From positions 278,566,001 to 278,630,000 of the forward strand of contig OZ024741.1 of NCBI GenBank assembly GCA_964016885.1: 64,000 nt of DNA, written 5' to 3'. The translations under genes and the position numbers were made by a program. Below are positions 12,948 through 26,064 of this stretch, piece after piece. The DNA comes from Eledone cirrhosa. Taxonomy: Eukaryota. Numbering within the stretch: the first letter of the stretch is position 1; every line of letters starts with the position of its first letter. The notes under the pieces are model-generated. The model did not search any database. It worked only from the letters and a program-made list of their open reading frames with translations, and was not told the DNA's origin.

Positions 12948-13718
12948 ATCATCATCATCATCATCATCATTTTACGTCCGCTTCTCCCTGTGTGCAAGGG
13001 TGGGATGGGTCCTATTCAGCACAGAATCTCTCTGCTTGTCACGGTCCTTCATCATCTCCTCCGCGAGCTTCAGCAATCTGAGGTCTGCTCGCACCACCTC
13101 CGCCCATGTTTTTTGTGGCCTTCCTCTATTGCGTCTTCCTTCTACTGGCATTTCTTGGCACTTCTTTACCCAGTGGTCATCCTCCATGCGCATCACATGT
13201 CCATGCCATCGCAGTCTTCTCTCCTGCATACTACAACTTATCCCTCTTATACACAGTTTCTCTCTCAACTCATCTATGCTTGGTCGTTCACGTACATTGA
13301 CATTGCACATCCAACGGAGCATGCTTGCTTCATTTCTCTCCAGCCGTCGCATATCCTCTGCAGTTGCTGCCCATGTCTCACTACCTTGCAGCATCGCGCA
13401 TCTCACACAGGCATCATATAACCGGCCTTTTGTACACAGGGAGAAACTCTTCTTTGTCAACAGAGGAAGCAGCTCCCTAAACTTCTTCCAACCCGTCCTT
13501 ATTCTAGATACTATGGCCTCGGAACACCCCCCTCCCATGCTAATCTGATCACCTAGGTACTGGAAACTATCAACCACTTCTATAGAACCCACCTGCATTT
13601 GAAAAATGTGTTTATCACTGCGACTTCTACTTTCAAATTTCCCTGTACATTTACTGCATACATAGTTTTCCCTATCTGTTAGTTTGCCTGCTATCCCACT
13701 AGATCTTTTGTGTACCCA
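12948..13718 (-). mobile_element. RTE-clade LINE 3' fragment
   Basis: FQYLGD, GSETW, RRLRWHGHV, GRPQKTW; (GAT)n tail; another tail fragment at about 27560-27725. Confidence 0.88.
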
Positions 13719-14429
13719 ATATATATATATAAAATTATTTATATATATATATATATAAAATCATAAGTTTGAAGAACAGTCAGACAAAATTTATCCAATT
13801 CTTTTCCTCCTCAGTCCATAGAAATCAACCAGATAAATAATCATTTAAACGGAGCTAAGTTTAAAATGTAACTTTGAAGAAATACCAGATAAATTTTACA
13901 GACTTTCCTCTGTGAGGAACAGTCAGTTAGAATTTACCTAGTCTTTCCTCTTAGTCCGTAGAAATTAACTAGACAAATAATCAATTAAACGGGGCTAAGT
14001 CTAAAATATAAATTTGAAGAAAAAAAATATAGATGAACATTACCAAAAATTCTTCTAGTCCCGACTATCTATAGTTTCACTCGGACTTTGTGGATATGTC
14101 TAATCATTGCATTATCCATTAAGCTCAAAGCTTTTCAAGAGACTCCCTCAGTTAGGACCAAAGTTTCCACGTTGATAGCCATCAGTAATGAATTCAAAAG
14201 GAGTGAAAAACATCACGTGTCTAGCGGTCAAGATAGAAGAGTTGTGAAAGGTAGGTTGGATGGCAGGTAGGTTCATTGCTAGAAAAAGCAGTTAGTTACC
14301 GCCTAATGTTTACTCAACCGTAAGGGAGTATAGAATAAATTCATAAGGACATATATGTATATATTTAGACATAGTCACAGATACATATATGAGTGTTGGC
14401 TACCTTCAATAGTGCGGCTTATGTATATC

Positions 14430-16830
14430 ATCATCATCTTCGTTTAACGTTCATCTTCCACGCTAGCATGGGTTAGACGGGAGTTGTCCCACTTGAGGCA
14501 AGGTTGGTCAGGTGACCATGTCTCGCTCATATAGGACTATCTGGCAGGTTTTCTACAGCTGGATGCCCTTCCTAACACCAACCACATTTACAGTGTGGAC
14601 TGGGAACTTTTTACCGTGTTACCTACACGGCCACCTTACAGTGTGGACTGTGTTTTTTTTGTCGTAACACCTACACGATCTCGATCTCATTTATTTGGAC
14701 TGAATGTTGTGGTACCAACTTTACAGAGAGAGGGTGGTGTTGGTGGGAGTGGGAGGATGGAGTAGGAGTAGTGGATTGGGGTGTATATTTGGTTAAGAGG
14801 TGCCTACTGACTGTAGGTTTCGCTTTGTACATAGGCAAGGCGGGTCTTCTGTATTACTGCATAGCGCCAAAGATCTCAGTCCAGTGACATTGTCTTAGAG
14901 AGGTCTAAGTGTGTAAGGTCGGAATTTATCAAATCGTCCCAGGTTTTTCTGGGTCTGCCTACTCCGTAACTTCCATCAATTTTGATCGCCCTGCACTTTT
15001 TTATACAGCTGTCGTCTTTCATGCGCATCACGTGGCCATACCAACGTAGTCTTCTCTCAAGTAAACAGCATCTGATCCCTCTTATTCCTAATTTCTCACT
15101 TAGTTCATTTATGCTTTGCCGTTCACGTATATTACTATTACCCATCCAACGGAGCATGCATGCTTCGTTCCTTTCCAGTCTGTGCAGGTCCTCTGCACGC
15201 AATGCCCATGTCTCACTGCCTTGTAGCATTGCTGTTCGTATACAGGCATCATACAATCTGCCTTTCATTTTTAGAGAGAAACCTCTTGTTACCAACAGCG
15301 GTATAAGCTCTCTGAAATTTTTCCATCCTGTTCTGACTCTGGCTACTGTACTTTCAGAGCACTCTCCGCCATTGCTGATTTTTTCACCCAGGTAACGGAA
15401 AGTGTCCACTATTTCTATAGAACCATCTGGACAATAGAAGGAGCTAGTATCCTGTGGGCACTTGCTACTTATTGCACCTGAGCATCGGCCAGATATAAAA
15501 TCTACATTCTTAGATAGTTTACCTGTGATCCCACTACATCTTTTATGAACCCATAGTTTGCATTTGGTACATAAAATGGAATTTATACCTACTCCTTTCG
15601 TACACACTGAGCATGGCCATTTCCCTGAGGGAACCTGTGCCCTATTTTCCTTTCTACAAACTAGAACTTTAGTCTTAGACAAGTTAACTTTAAGGCCTTT
15701 TGATTCTAGGCCATGCTTCCATGTTTGGAATTTCTTCTCTAGTTCAGCCATAGATTCAGCTATGAGAGTTAGATCGTCTGCATATAGGAGTTCCCATAGG
15801 CAGCCAGTCTTGAACTCCTCTGTTATAGCTTGAAGGGCAATAATAAATAGGAGGGGGCTAAGGACAGAGCCTTGATAAACACCAACTTTTACACTAAATT
15901 CTTCACTATATTCATTGTTAATTCTAACCTTACTGACTGTTTCTTTATACATAGCTTGTATAGCTCTCACAAGCCATTCATCTACACCTAGTTTTCTAAG
16001 AGCCCACCAGATAATGGAGCGGGTGACTCAGTCAAAGGATTTCTCCAGGCCTACAAATGCTAAGTAGAGGGGTTTACTTTTAGCTAGGTACTTCTCCTGT
16101 AGTTGTCGTACAAGGAAAAGAGCATCTGTGGTACTTTTACCTGGCACGAACCCAAACTGCATTTCATCTAGATCAATTCGTTCTCTGATTAGTTGTGCTC
16201 TAGCTCTTTCTGTGACCTTCATGACCTGGTCAACTAACTTAATGCCTCTATAGTTTCCCCTATCTAGAGCATCCCTTTACCCTTGTAGCAGTTAATGATG
16301 ATGCTGCTACGTCAGTCTTTTGGTAAGACCCCATTCTGTATTACTTGGTTTACTATATGGATGATCATAGTATGTCCCACCATTCCAGATGCCTTCAACA
16401 TCTCAGCAACTATCTCTGAAGGCCCAGCTGTCTTGCCTGTCATCATATCTTTGATTGCCTTACTTATTATACTACCTTTAACTTGCACCGCTGGTCCTTC
16501 TATTGGATCGATTTAGGGCAGACTATCTTTTTCCCATTTATTCTCCTCATTTAATAGTCTCTCATAGTGACACTTCCAAGCTACCTTCTTATCAGTATCA
16601 GGGAGGGCAAGTACACCATCATCGTTAAAGACACACTTCTCCCCGACAATATCACGGTTTTCCTTGACACATTGCCTAGCAATCCTGAACACCTCAGGTT
16701 TTTGGTCCTCACATTGTAGAACATGCTTGAACTTTCTATCCTCTGCTTCCCTTTTTATATAGCAGGCTGTGTGGTCACTGCAAACAAAGTGTTTGCAGTG
16801 ACCACACAGCCCGTTACGTTTCTTGTAATC
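14430..16830 (-). mobile_element. RTE-clade LINE fragment with RT domain
   Basis: QFGFVPGKSTTDA, GVYQGSVLSPLLF, LYADD, RLRWYGHV; (GAT)n tail. Confidence 0.92.
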
Positions 16831-16831
16831 T

Positions 16832-16864
<33 letters not shown>

Positions 16865-17311
16865 ATAATATTGAAACAAAGTCATCAGAAGAACCAGTGT
16901 ATCTCCGATCATTCTATCATTCATTCAATGCTTTAATTAAGCCAGCATACCAACCAAAAAGGAAAGCAGTCATACACATACGTTAATAGTGAGAGAAATG
17001 ATTTCATGTGGTTAGAGAATTTACTTCTCTGACCCTGGACAAGGCACTAGTTTCTGTTAGCCTGTCTGCTGGCGGCAGTCCAAGTTGGACTGGCATGTAT
17101 AGAAATTATGTAATGTTTAATAACATTACCTAATCAGCTAAAAGTAAAAGTAGAGGTTGGCGTTTTCAGCTAGTTACCAGAAGAGGTAGCTAGCTGAAAC
17201 TGCCAAGCTCACAGTAGATCCTCTAATTTTCCTAATATACTCACTCTGCATCTTACAATGTATTGAGTGCTTTTTTGATTTGTGGTCTTTCTGGTCCCAG
17301 TACTGCAGACT

Positions 17312-17375
<64 letters not shown>

Positions 17376-17469
17376 TGGGTGGATTCCTGATGATATCAGG
17401 TAGTGACTGCAGTTAAAAAAGGTACTCAATACATTAGTAGAGTATAGGCATCTTTATTTTATATAGGAA

Positions 17470-17528
17470 CGACTTCTACAGGACCAGAACTGTTTCATTC
17501 ATAAGAAATCATCAGGAAAGTCCAGAAG
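17470..17528 (-). ncRNA. Degenerate hammerhead-like motif; related copies at about 18012-18063 (+) and 39485-39525 (+)
   Basis: CTGATGA-tttcttatgaat-GAAAC-agttctg-GTC; imperfect stems. Confidence 0.4.
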
Positions 17529-17547
17529 ATATATTATTATTATTATT

Positions 17548-17930
17548 GGTGTTTAGACAGTATCGGTAGAGCATCAGACACCATGCTTTGCAGCATAGAG
17601 TTATGGCCCATTATGTTCTGAGTTCAAATCTCGCAGAGGCTAGCTTGGCCTTTCATCCTTACAGGCTCGATAAAATAAAGCACCAGTAATGCACTGGGAT
17701 AATTGCTGGCCTTGTGCCAAAAGTAGAAACATTATTATTGGTGGATTGGCAGTATTGGTAGGTAGTCGGATGCTATGCTTTCCAGCATAGAGTTACGCCC
17801 CTTTACGGTATGAGTTCAAATCCCGCCGAGGTTAACTTTGCCTTTCATCTTTACGGGGTCGATAAAACAAAGTACCAGTAATGCACTGGGTAATTACTGG
17901 CCTTGTGCCAAAAGTAGAAACAATTATTAT
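17548..17930 (+). mobile_element. Two tandem Deu/Nin-like SINEs
   Basis: Two copies of about 190 bp joined by attattatt. Confidence 0.85.
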
Positions 17931-18064
17931 TATAATTGGTAGACTTTTGCCCAATTTAATGCCCCTACCTGTCTAGTTGGTTTGATAGAAGCAACTGTCA
18001 TAATATTGCTAAGGACTTTTCTGATGATTTCATACAAATGAAACAGTTCTAGTCCTGTAGAAGT

Positions 18065-18102
<38 letters not shown>

Positions 18103-18105
<3 letters not shown>

Positions 18106-18699
18106 GCGAACGGCAAAGCATAAACGAATTGAGAGAGAGACTGAGCATAAGAGGAATCAAATGCTGTGTGCAAGAGAGGAGGTTGCGTTGGTATGGACAT
18201 GTGATATGTATGAAGGATGACAGCTGCATAAAAAGATGCAGAGCACTAGAAGTCGATGGAAGCCGTGGAGTGGGGAGACCCAAGAAGACCTGGGTTTGAG
18301 GTGATAAAAGCCGACCTTACCCAATTGCACCTCTCAAAGGCAATGACTCAGGACTGTGACCTCTGGCGTCACGCAGTAATATAGAAGACCCAACTTCTCA
18401 CGGGTACAAGCCGAAGCTGAAGCATATAGACAATATGCCCCCACACCCTCCCACTGCAAAGTGGTCATGGAGGTGCCACGGCAAAAAAGCACCCAGCCCA
18501 CACTGTAAAGTGGATGTGTAGGCGCCATGGAAAAAAAGCACCCAGCATTCACTGTAAATGAGGTTGGTGCTAGGAAGGGCATCCAGCTGTAGAAATCAAG
18601 CCAGAATATGAGCAAGACAAGGTCAGCCACCTGGATACTGCCCAAAACAGGACAACCAGTCAAAACCCGTGCTAGCGTGGAAGAATGGACGTAAAACAG

Positions 18700-18700
<1 letters not shown>
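18103..18700 (+). mobile_element. RTE 3' fragment fused to a SINE-type tail
   Basis: RRLRWYGHV...GRPKKTW, then gctagcgtggaagaatggacgtaaa(gat)n. Confidence 0.8.
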
Positions 18701-18730
<30 letters not shown>

Positions 18731-18804
18731 ATGATGATATGATGATGATGATGACGACGACGACGACGACGATGGCGGCGGCGGCGGCGGCGACGACGAC
18801 CACC

Positions 18805-18894
<90 letters not shown>

Positions 18895-18958
18895 TTCTTC
18901 TTCTTCTTCTTCTTCTTCTTCTTCTTCTTCTTCTTCTTCTTCTTCTTTTTCTTCTTCT
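18699..18958. repeat. Compound trinucleotide microsatellite GAT-GAC-GGC-CAC-CAT-CTT
   Basis: Directly visible. Confidence 0.95.
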
Positions 18959-19266
18959 TGGCTGGAAATTGTTTGATCATAGGACTCACTTTGATCATTC
19001 TGACCTGGGCCTAAACAACACCAATAACAGCTGGAGATAATGTTCACTTTATTTCTGGTGGATTTTTTTATTTTTATAAAGGAATAAACAGATTGAACAA
19101 CTTAATAAGGAATTGATTGTTTAATTGCTTAACAAACAGATTGATAAACTAAAATATTTCCCAGTTAGACTACTTCTTTACTCTTATGTTTTTGTATCTG
19201 ACCCATTTAGTTGTAAAGCTGGTTTAAAAAATATTGTTCTGATTTTATATATCATTTTGATCTCTA

Positions 19267-19460
19267 TGAGGGTTGGCTGAACATTTCATAGGCTGACCAA
19301 GATACTCTCATGGTACGACCAAATGAGGTTTATTTTTCAACATAGTCCCTGAAACGAAACAATGCAGTTATTAATAAGAAAAGTTGGAATTAATGCAAGA
19401 TTTCACAGCCCTAGCATCACTCCTTCATAGTCAGCCTATGAACTTTGCAGCTGACCCATG
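19267..19460. mobile_element. Mariner-derived MITE
   Basis: TA-flanked imperfect TIRs gagggttggctgaa..ttcataggctgac / gtcagcctatgaa..cagctgaccc. Confidence 0.7.
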
Positions 19461-20452
19461 TAGACTAAATATACCATTAATATTTTATTAATACTATTAA
19501 TACACTATAGTGTATTATGATCTATAACTTGTTATCACTCAGGTTATAGATATCACAAGTTTCTTATATGGTCTGTATATAACTAATGATGATGTTGATG
19601 TTTATTTTTAAAACCCTTTCTAGAAGTACTGGCCAGTTCTCCATTAAAATAGTCTCTCCATTTTTTTTAAATTTTAAGAGCTTTCATGATAGTTCTCTTT
19701 AATAAATTATTGTTTATAATAAAATGAAAGCAAGTGGCCTAGTCATTCGAGTGTTGAACTTTACAATAATAAGGTCATGGGTTTGGTTCCAAGACTGGGC
19801 AGCATGTTGTGTTATTGAGCAAAACATTTCATTTCATGTTGCACTTTCTGCTAGGAGCTGCACCCAGCAGATTTTTCTTTTCTTACAATTTATTTTACTA
19901 GCCATGTATGAAATTTTTTCTTACCATTTATTTTACTAGCAATGTGTGAAATTAAAATATAATAAAGGTGCCCAATGAAGAGAATAAAATGTTCTTAGGA
20001 ATTGAATGAAGTGGTTTATTATTGAGAATGCACTGGTGAGGCTAGGAAGGTAATTGAGGTCTATAGTAAAACAAAACTGTCACCTTTTTCATGATGGCCT
20101 GTAAAAGGAGCACTTTATGCAAAGTCATTTTTAATTTTATTTACAGATTTTGAACTATATTTTTAATGTTACTAAAAATAGTAGGTTTTTACCACAAACA
20201 GGTTTGTTGATTACTCAGTAGCATCTTTTTAAAATATTTATTTTTAAATCTTTTGAGTCTGGAAGAGTTGCATAATATCAGTAATAGGAAGACCAATGTA
20301 AACATTTATAAAAAAAATGGTCTTATTTGACAATTGGCTCTTTTCCTTTCTTTTCTTTTACTTTCTGATAATAAAGTGAAATGATGTAAAGTTTGATTAC
20401 ATGAATGAGTAGGAGTGAATTAATTCATGTTTTACTTTTTAAAATTTTCCAG

Positions 20453-20633
20453 TGAAGTGGTCCAGTTGGAAAAACCACTGCTTGAAGAACAACGTAACCA
20501 GTTAATTACCCATATAAACCGAGACAAAATTCAGCTCAAGTCCATCGAAGAACGAATCCTTCAATTGTTATTCCATTCAAAGGGTAACATTCTTGACAAT
20601 GAAGAACTCATCAACACTTTAAATGAGTCCAAG
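20453..20633 (+). CDS. DNAH6: Dynein heavy chain exon (AAA5 / buttress)
   Basis: ttttccAG/GTAGTC; [14 protein letters not shown]...[17 protein letters not shown]; phase matches the previous exon. Confidence 0.93.
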
Positions 20634-20926
20634 GTAGTCATTAAAGATTGGCTTCTAAATTCTTTCTCCCCACCTCTCTCAACAAGCAAGAACTCATCAA
20701 TATTTTAAATAAGTCTATGTTTACATGTATGCATATTAAAATTGTGTATATTTATTTACACATTGGCACAGTCTCAGTTACCCACTCTGTATTTACAGAT
20801 ATAACTTTATCGTACACTTCAGCTGCTTAGCCCATTTCTTTATATATATATATATATGTAAATATATATATATATAGAATGAGGAAAATGTGAAATTGTA
20901 GATGTTAAAGACTCCTTTATTAATAA

Positions 20927-21000
20927 AGCTGTGATACATGTTTCAATGACGATTATGGTCACTTGATTATTTAACTATTCTCATGATCTCATCAGACAGC
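20927..21000 (-). ncRNA. Degenerate hammerhead with long stem II region
   Basis: gctgt-CTGATGA...GAAAC-ATGT-ATC-acagc; 5-bp stem I. Confidence 0.5.
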
Positions 21001-21018
21001 AACATTGAGTAAAAGGTT

Positions 21019-21166
21019 ACATTTCCAAGGCAGCCCTAGATACAAGGGAACAGACAAAAAAAATTATGCTTTTGCTGAGATTGTCCATTCCCTTGTGAGT
21101 GGACAATCCCAGCAAAAGTATAATTTTTTGTCTGTTCCCTTGCATCTAGGACTGCCTTGGAAACGT
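21019..21166. repeat. Hairpin-type inverted repeat of about 145 bp
   Basis: tttccaaggcagccctagatacaagggaacagac... / ...gtctgttcccttgcatctaggactgccttggaaa. Confidence 0.85.
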
Positions 21167-21668
21167 ATATATATATATATATATACATCTTAATATGTGT
21201 GTACTAACAACTTTTGATATATATATATACATCTTAATATGTATGTGTGTACTAACAACTTTTGAAGTGAACTTCTTTTATCATAAAGAAAATATCTAAA
21301 ATATTCAAATAATGAAATTAGTTGTATTTAACCTTTTTGATACCAAATCACCTAAAGCTGCCCCCACCCGTAGTTCAAGTTTATTAGGAAGCTGTTTTTT
21401 TTTAAGTGCATATATTTTTCTAAAAACTTTCTATCATAATTTTATGATAGAACCTTTGTTAAGTTATGCCCCAAAGACCAACTTATTAACGAAAAATTTA
21501 GTTATTTTACTAACTTCTTCCAATTTTTTTTATTACTTTCAAAATTATTTGAAAAACACAGGCAGTGACTTCCTATCACCTGATCTGATTTGTCTCACAA
21601 CAGGATAACTTGTCTAACCCATGCTAGCATGGAAAATGAATGTTGAACCATGATGATGATGATGATGA

Positions 21669-22290
21669 TTGGTATAGAAATATAGAAGTAATATATTATA
21701 CATATTGGTATAGAAATATAGAAGTAATATATTATACATATTGGTATAGAAATATAGAAGTAATATTGTATGTATATTGGTGTAGAAATATACAAGTAAT
21801 ATTGTATGTATATTGGTATAAAAATATCGAAGTAATATTGTATCTATATTGGTGTAGAAATATAGAAGTAATATTGTATCTATATTGGTATAAAAATATC
21901 GAAGTAATATTGTATCTATATTGGTATAAAAATATCGAAGTAATATTGTATCTATATTGGTGTAGAAATATAGAAGTAATATTGTATCTATATTGGTATA
22001 AAAATATCGAAGTAATATTGTATCTATATTGGTATAAAAATATCGAAGTAATATTGTATCTATATTGGTGTAGAAATATAGAAGTAATATTGTATCTATA
22101 TTGGTGTAGAAATATAGAAGTAATATTGTATCTATATTGGTGTAGAAATATAGAAGTAATATTGTATCTATATTGGTATAAAAATATAGAAGTAATATTG
22201 TATCTATATTGGTATAAAAATATCGAAGTAATATTGTATCTATATTGGTGTAGAAATATAGAAGTAATATTGTATCTATATTAGTATAGA
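21669..22290. repeat. 36-bp minisatellite, about 17 copies
   Basis: Unit tggtgtagaaatatagaagtaatattgtatctatat. Confidence 0.95.
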
Positions 22291-22744
22291 ATTGCAGATC
22301 AACAAACATCAACTTTTCCTCTCTTTTTCTCACAGATATAAAGAAATAAAAGATAAACAATAGAAATAAAACATTAATGAGAAGAATCTTTAACCTTCTC
22401 TGATAGATGATTCCATGTTCTGCTTGATTTTGCAGTGGAATTCATGTGAAAAAAATCTTACCTGTTTTATTGGAGGCCATCTCATTTCTGCATTGTAGTC
22501 AAATATTTTGCTAGTGCTCTACTTCAATAGCGCTTGAGGAGACATCATTGCCATAGCAGTTGGCTATTGATTGTGGTAGCACACTATATTTATTTTACTA
22601 GCTTTACAAACAAACATAAATACATAATAAAGTTAATATAAAGAATGATGTACTCAATCACAGAAAGGCTATAAAATAGCTTATAAAATAGGGCGAAAAC
22701 CCTTAAAGATAGAAAAAGAAGTTGCCATTGGCTACTATGTTTTT

Positions 22745-23130
22745 TTAATTTAGGCACAAGGTCAGCAATGTGTGCTGGGCTAAATTTTATTAAATCGTTC
22801 CCCAGTACATCACTGGTACTTTATTTTATCGATCCCCGTAAAGATGAAAGACAAAGTTGATCTTGGCAGGATTTGAACTCAGAATGTAAAGAGCTGGAAA
22901 AATACTGCAATGTTTGTTTGTTTATTATTTCTTTAAAAGGGCAGTGGATTTGCAGTATTGGTAGAGCATCAGAAACCATGCTTTGCAGCATAGAGTTATG
23001 GCCCTTTACGTTCTAAGTTCAAATCCCACTGAGGTTAACTTTGCCTGTCATCCTTAGGGGGTTGATAAAATAAAGTACCAGTAATGCACTGGGGTAATTG
23101 CTGGCCCTGTGCCAAAAGTAGAAACAATTT
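22745..23130. mobile_element. Head-to-head Deu/Nin-like SINE pair immediately upstream of an exon
   Basis: Same core on the - then + strand. Confidence 0.75.
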
Positions 23131-23174
23131 TTTTATTTAAAAATAGTAAGAATGTCCTTCCTTCTCATTTAAAG

Positions 23175-23354
23175 GTGACATCTGATGTAATAAGTCAGCG
23201 TCTTATTGAAACAGAGCAGACAGAGACGAGTATTTCCACTGCTCGAGAGAAGTATCGGCCCGTTGCTGTTCGGTGTTCAATTATATACTTTGTGGTGGCA
23301 GACATGGCAATTCTAGATCCTATGTATCAGTTCTCTTTGAAATATTTCAAACAG
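23175..23354 (+). CDS. DNAH6: Dynein heavy chain exon
   Basis: tttaaAG/GTATTA; [36 protein letters not shown]. Confidence 0.94.
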
Positions 23355-25023
23355 GTATTATCTCTTCCTCTCTCAGTTTTTCTATCTGCCTGTCTTTGTC
23401 TGTCTGTGTCTCTTACTCTCTGTTTCTCTCTTTGTGTGTGTGTCTCTCTCTATATGTCTGTTTGTTTCTGACTGTCTGTCTCTATTGCTCTCCATCTCTC
23501 TTTTTCTCTCTCTCCCTCCATCTCACCCTCTCTCGTCCCTTAACCCTGCAATAGACTGCCATCTTGTCCAGGGAGAGTCTTGTATTCTCAGTCATTTAAT
23601 GCTTAGGAAACTAGGGATAAGTAGCAGTCTGATGAACCTTCAGCTTAGAACAGACTTTAACTTAAATTTGTGAAAAGCTGTTTCTACAGAAATCAGTGAC
23701 TGAGAAAACTGAATCATAAAACATGGTGTAAGGTTTTGATATTGTTTAAAATAAAGCAGTCTTGTGGTAAAAGGTTATCTAAATGATTTTTGTTTTTCTT
23801 TTGATTATTCGAAATCTAAAGAATACATCTTAAATGGTAGGGCATGCAGTGGCATATTACTGGGGTTGTGTAGGAGTGCAGCTACATCCCCCCTCCCCCC
23901 AAAAAAATTTTTTGAACATTAAAAATTCTGAACATCTGCACCACCAAAAGTTATAGGAGCAATATGCTTATGATGGTATAGTATGGACCTGTAACTGTTG
24001 ATGGAGTTGTAGGAGTGCTATAGTGACATACAGCATTTCTTTGGGAATTTTAAGCCTGGTAGAACCTATCTTCTCTCCAGGTTTGAAAACAGCAGATTTC
24101 TTCCAGAGAAGGATTGAGAGTGAGAAAGGGATATAGAGGAAGAATTCACCACAGTATGAGACTGGTACTTTTTTTTTATTGGCCTCGAAAGGGTGAATGG
24201 CCAGTCATTTGTAAAAAGGTTATCTAAATGATTTTTTGCTTTTATTTTGATTATTCCTATTCTCCGTGGCAATGCCTTCACCTTTCTGTCTGCAGGGTTT
24301 GGCTGAATCATCACACAGACTGGAGAGTAGAGCCTGTCCCTCCCCTCTCCCATTGCTTAATTCTCTTTTTTCATTTTCATCTTTCTCTTCCTTTTTTTCT
24401 GTTTCACTTAAATGGTATATATACTTCATCTATTCCATTTTAGTCTCTTTCACTACTTTTTATTCTCAATTCAATTTTACATTTTTGTTTTACAATTATA
24501 TTCAAGGGTGTTGTAATAAATGCTATATGCATTCAACAAAATCTCCTTATATAGAATTATAACAGAAGGTTTGAGTTTCAGCCTTGATCCCAGGCTCCGC
24601 TGCCCAAAATGCAGAGGAAAGGAAGATAGTCAAAGAGCAGGGCCTAACTGACTACTTCCTCTTTGCACCAGTCTCTGTCAAGATATCTGCCACCAATGGC
24701 CCCCACACTGCTGATTTCCTCTGTAAAGATGCCTTATGTGGTGGGGGTGGCTGTAGCAGCAGGTGTCTCTGGCCATTCTCTGTGGTAGTGCCTTTGTCAT
24801 TTTGTCCGCAGGGTGCAGCTGAGGCACCTCTCGGACTGGGGTGTAGTGTCTGTCCTTCCCCCGTCCCTTTCTTTCATTGCTTGATCCCTTTTTTCTTTTA
24901 CTTCTTTTGATTTCCTTTTTTTCTTCCTTTTTGTTCCCTTTAATATCTTGAATATTAGCAAAGAATTCTGAGGATTATTTCAATATAAGATATACGTATT
25001 TAGTTTCTATTGTGTGTTTTCAG

Positions 25024-25130
25024 TTATTTCACATGACTATTGAACAAAGTGAAAAATGCGAAAATCTTGAAAGTCGGTTGATGATATTGTTAAATGAGAT
25101 AACAGAATTTATATACAAAAATGTCTGCAG
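25024..25130 (+). CDS. DNAH6: Dynein heavy chain exon; absent from the ORF track
   Basis: ttttcAG/GTAAGT; LFHMTIEQSEKCENLESRLMILLNEITEFIYKNVC(R). Confidence 0.9.
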
Positions 25131-25889
25131 GTAAGTAATAAGTTTTGATAAAATAAATTCCGAACCTATCTCCATGGCAGTTGTGTACATGATTAATTTG
25201 AATCTAGATATTTTGAATTTGTTCATCATAAAACATTCAAACAAAATTGATCCTTAAAAATTTTGCATTGCCTCATTTTAAATTAAAATTTCTTGATAAC
25301 AAAGCATTCTGTTTATTCATGCTTTGATCCCAAACTGTTTTATATATTTCAAACAAAATTTATTCATGTAATGTATGTAAAAAATTTAATCAATTCATTA
25401 TTTAGAAATGTATTTAGTTTCCAATGAATACATATATATTCTGATATTATTGCTGTTGTTTAGTTCCAAGTTAGCCCTGATTCAGAAGACCTATGTTCAA
25501 AGGTATTTCAGCCACAACCATTTTGTCTTTTGTATATATTTAGAACTATATTATCTATATTATCTAATGAGTCTTTTCATTTTCAAGATGTTAAACTATG
25601 ATTTGAGGAAGATTTTGCTGTTATTTCTAGCAGGTCTAGTGACAATATAGTAGTTCACTTAACTGAAAAGCACCAGTGCAGTGGTTCACAACCTTTTCTG
25701 CACCATCCCCTACCTCAATATCTCAACATTTGTTGTGCTATCCTTTGATTTAAAAACAACGATGATCAACTGCAAAGTGTAAACGAATTGGTGTATAGGT
25801 GGTGTCAGTTGCACAATAACACAGTAACATTGGTATTGGTAATAGAAGTAATATATACATATTGGTATAGAAATACAGAAGTATTATTG

Positions 25890-26064
25890 GTGGATTGGCA
25901 GTATCGGTAGAGGGTCGGACGCCATGCTTTCCAGCATAGTTACGTCCCTTTACAATCTGAGTTCAAATCTCGCTGAGGTTAACTTTGCCTTTCATCCTTA
26001 CGGGGTTGATAAAATAATTGCTGGGTAATTGCTGGCCTTGTGCCTAAAGTAGAAACAATTATTA
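25890..26064 (+). mobile_element. Deu/Nin-like SINE
   Basis: gtggattggcagtatcggtagag...agtagaaacaattatta. Confidence 0.85.

Noticed and set aside
18334-19047. Poly-E/D/G/R/H ORFs, and YI-rich ORFs elsewhere
   Set aside because: Microsatellite translations.
21614-22360. 248-aa and 214-aa repetitive ORFs
   Set aside because: Translations of a 36-bp minisatellite; no splice or homology support.
23620-23660. CTGATGA hits at about 23628 and 37752(-), and a CTGATGG variant at about 14180(-), as hammerheads
   Set aside because: Missing or misplaced GAAA or stems; cannot be supported.
24570-24940. Possible CRE-like retroelement 3' end (related to 24260-24400 and 38020-38215)
   Set aside because: A repeat is evident, but the family assignment is too weak to call.
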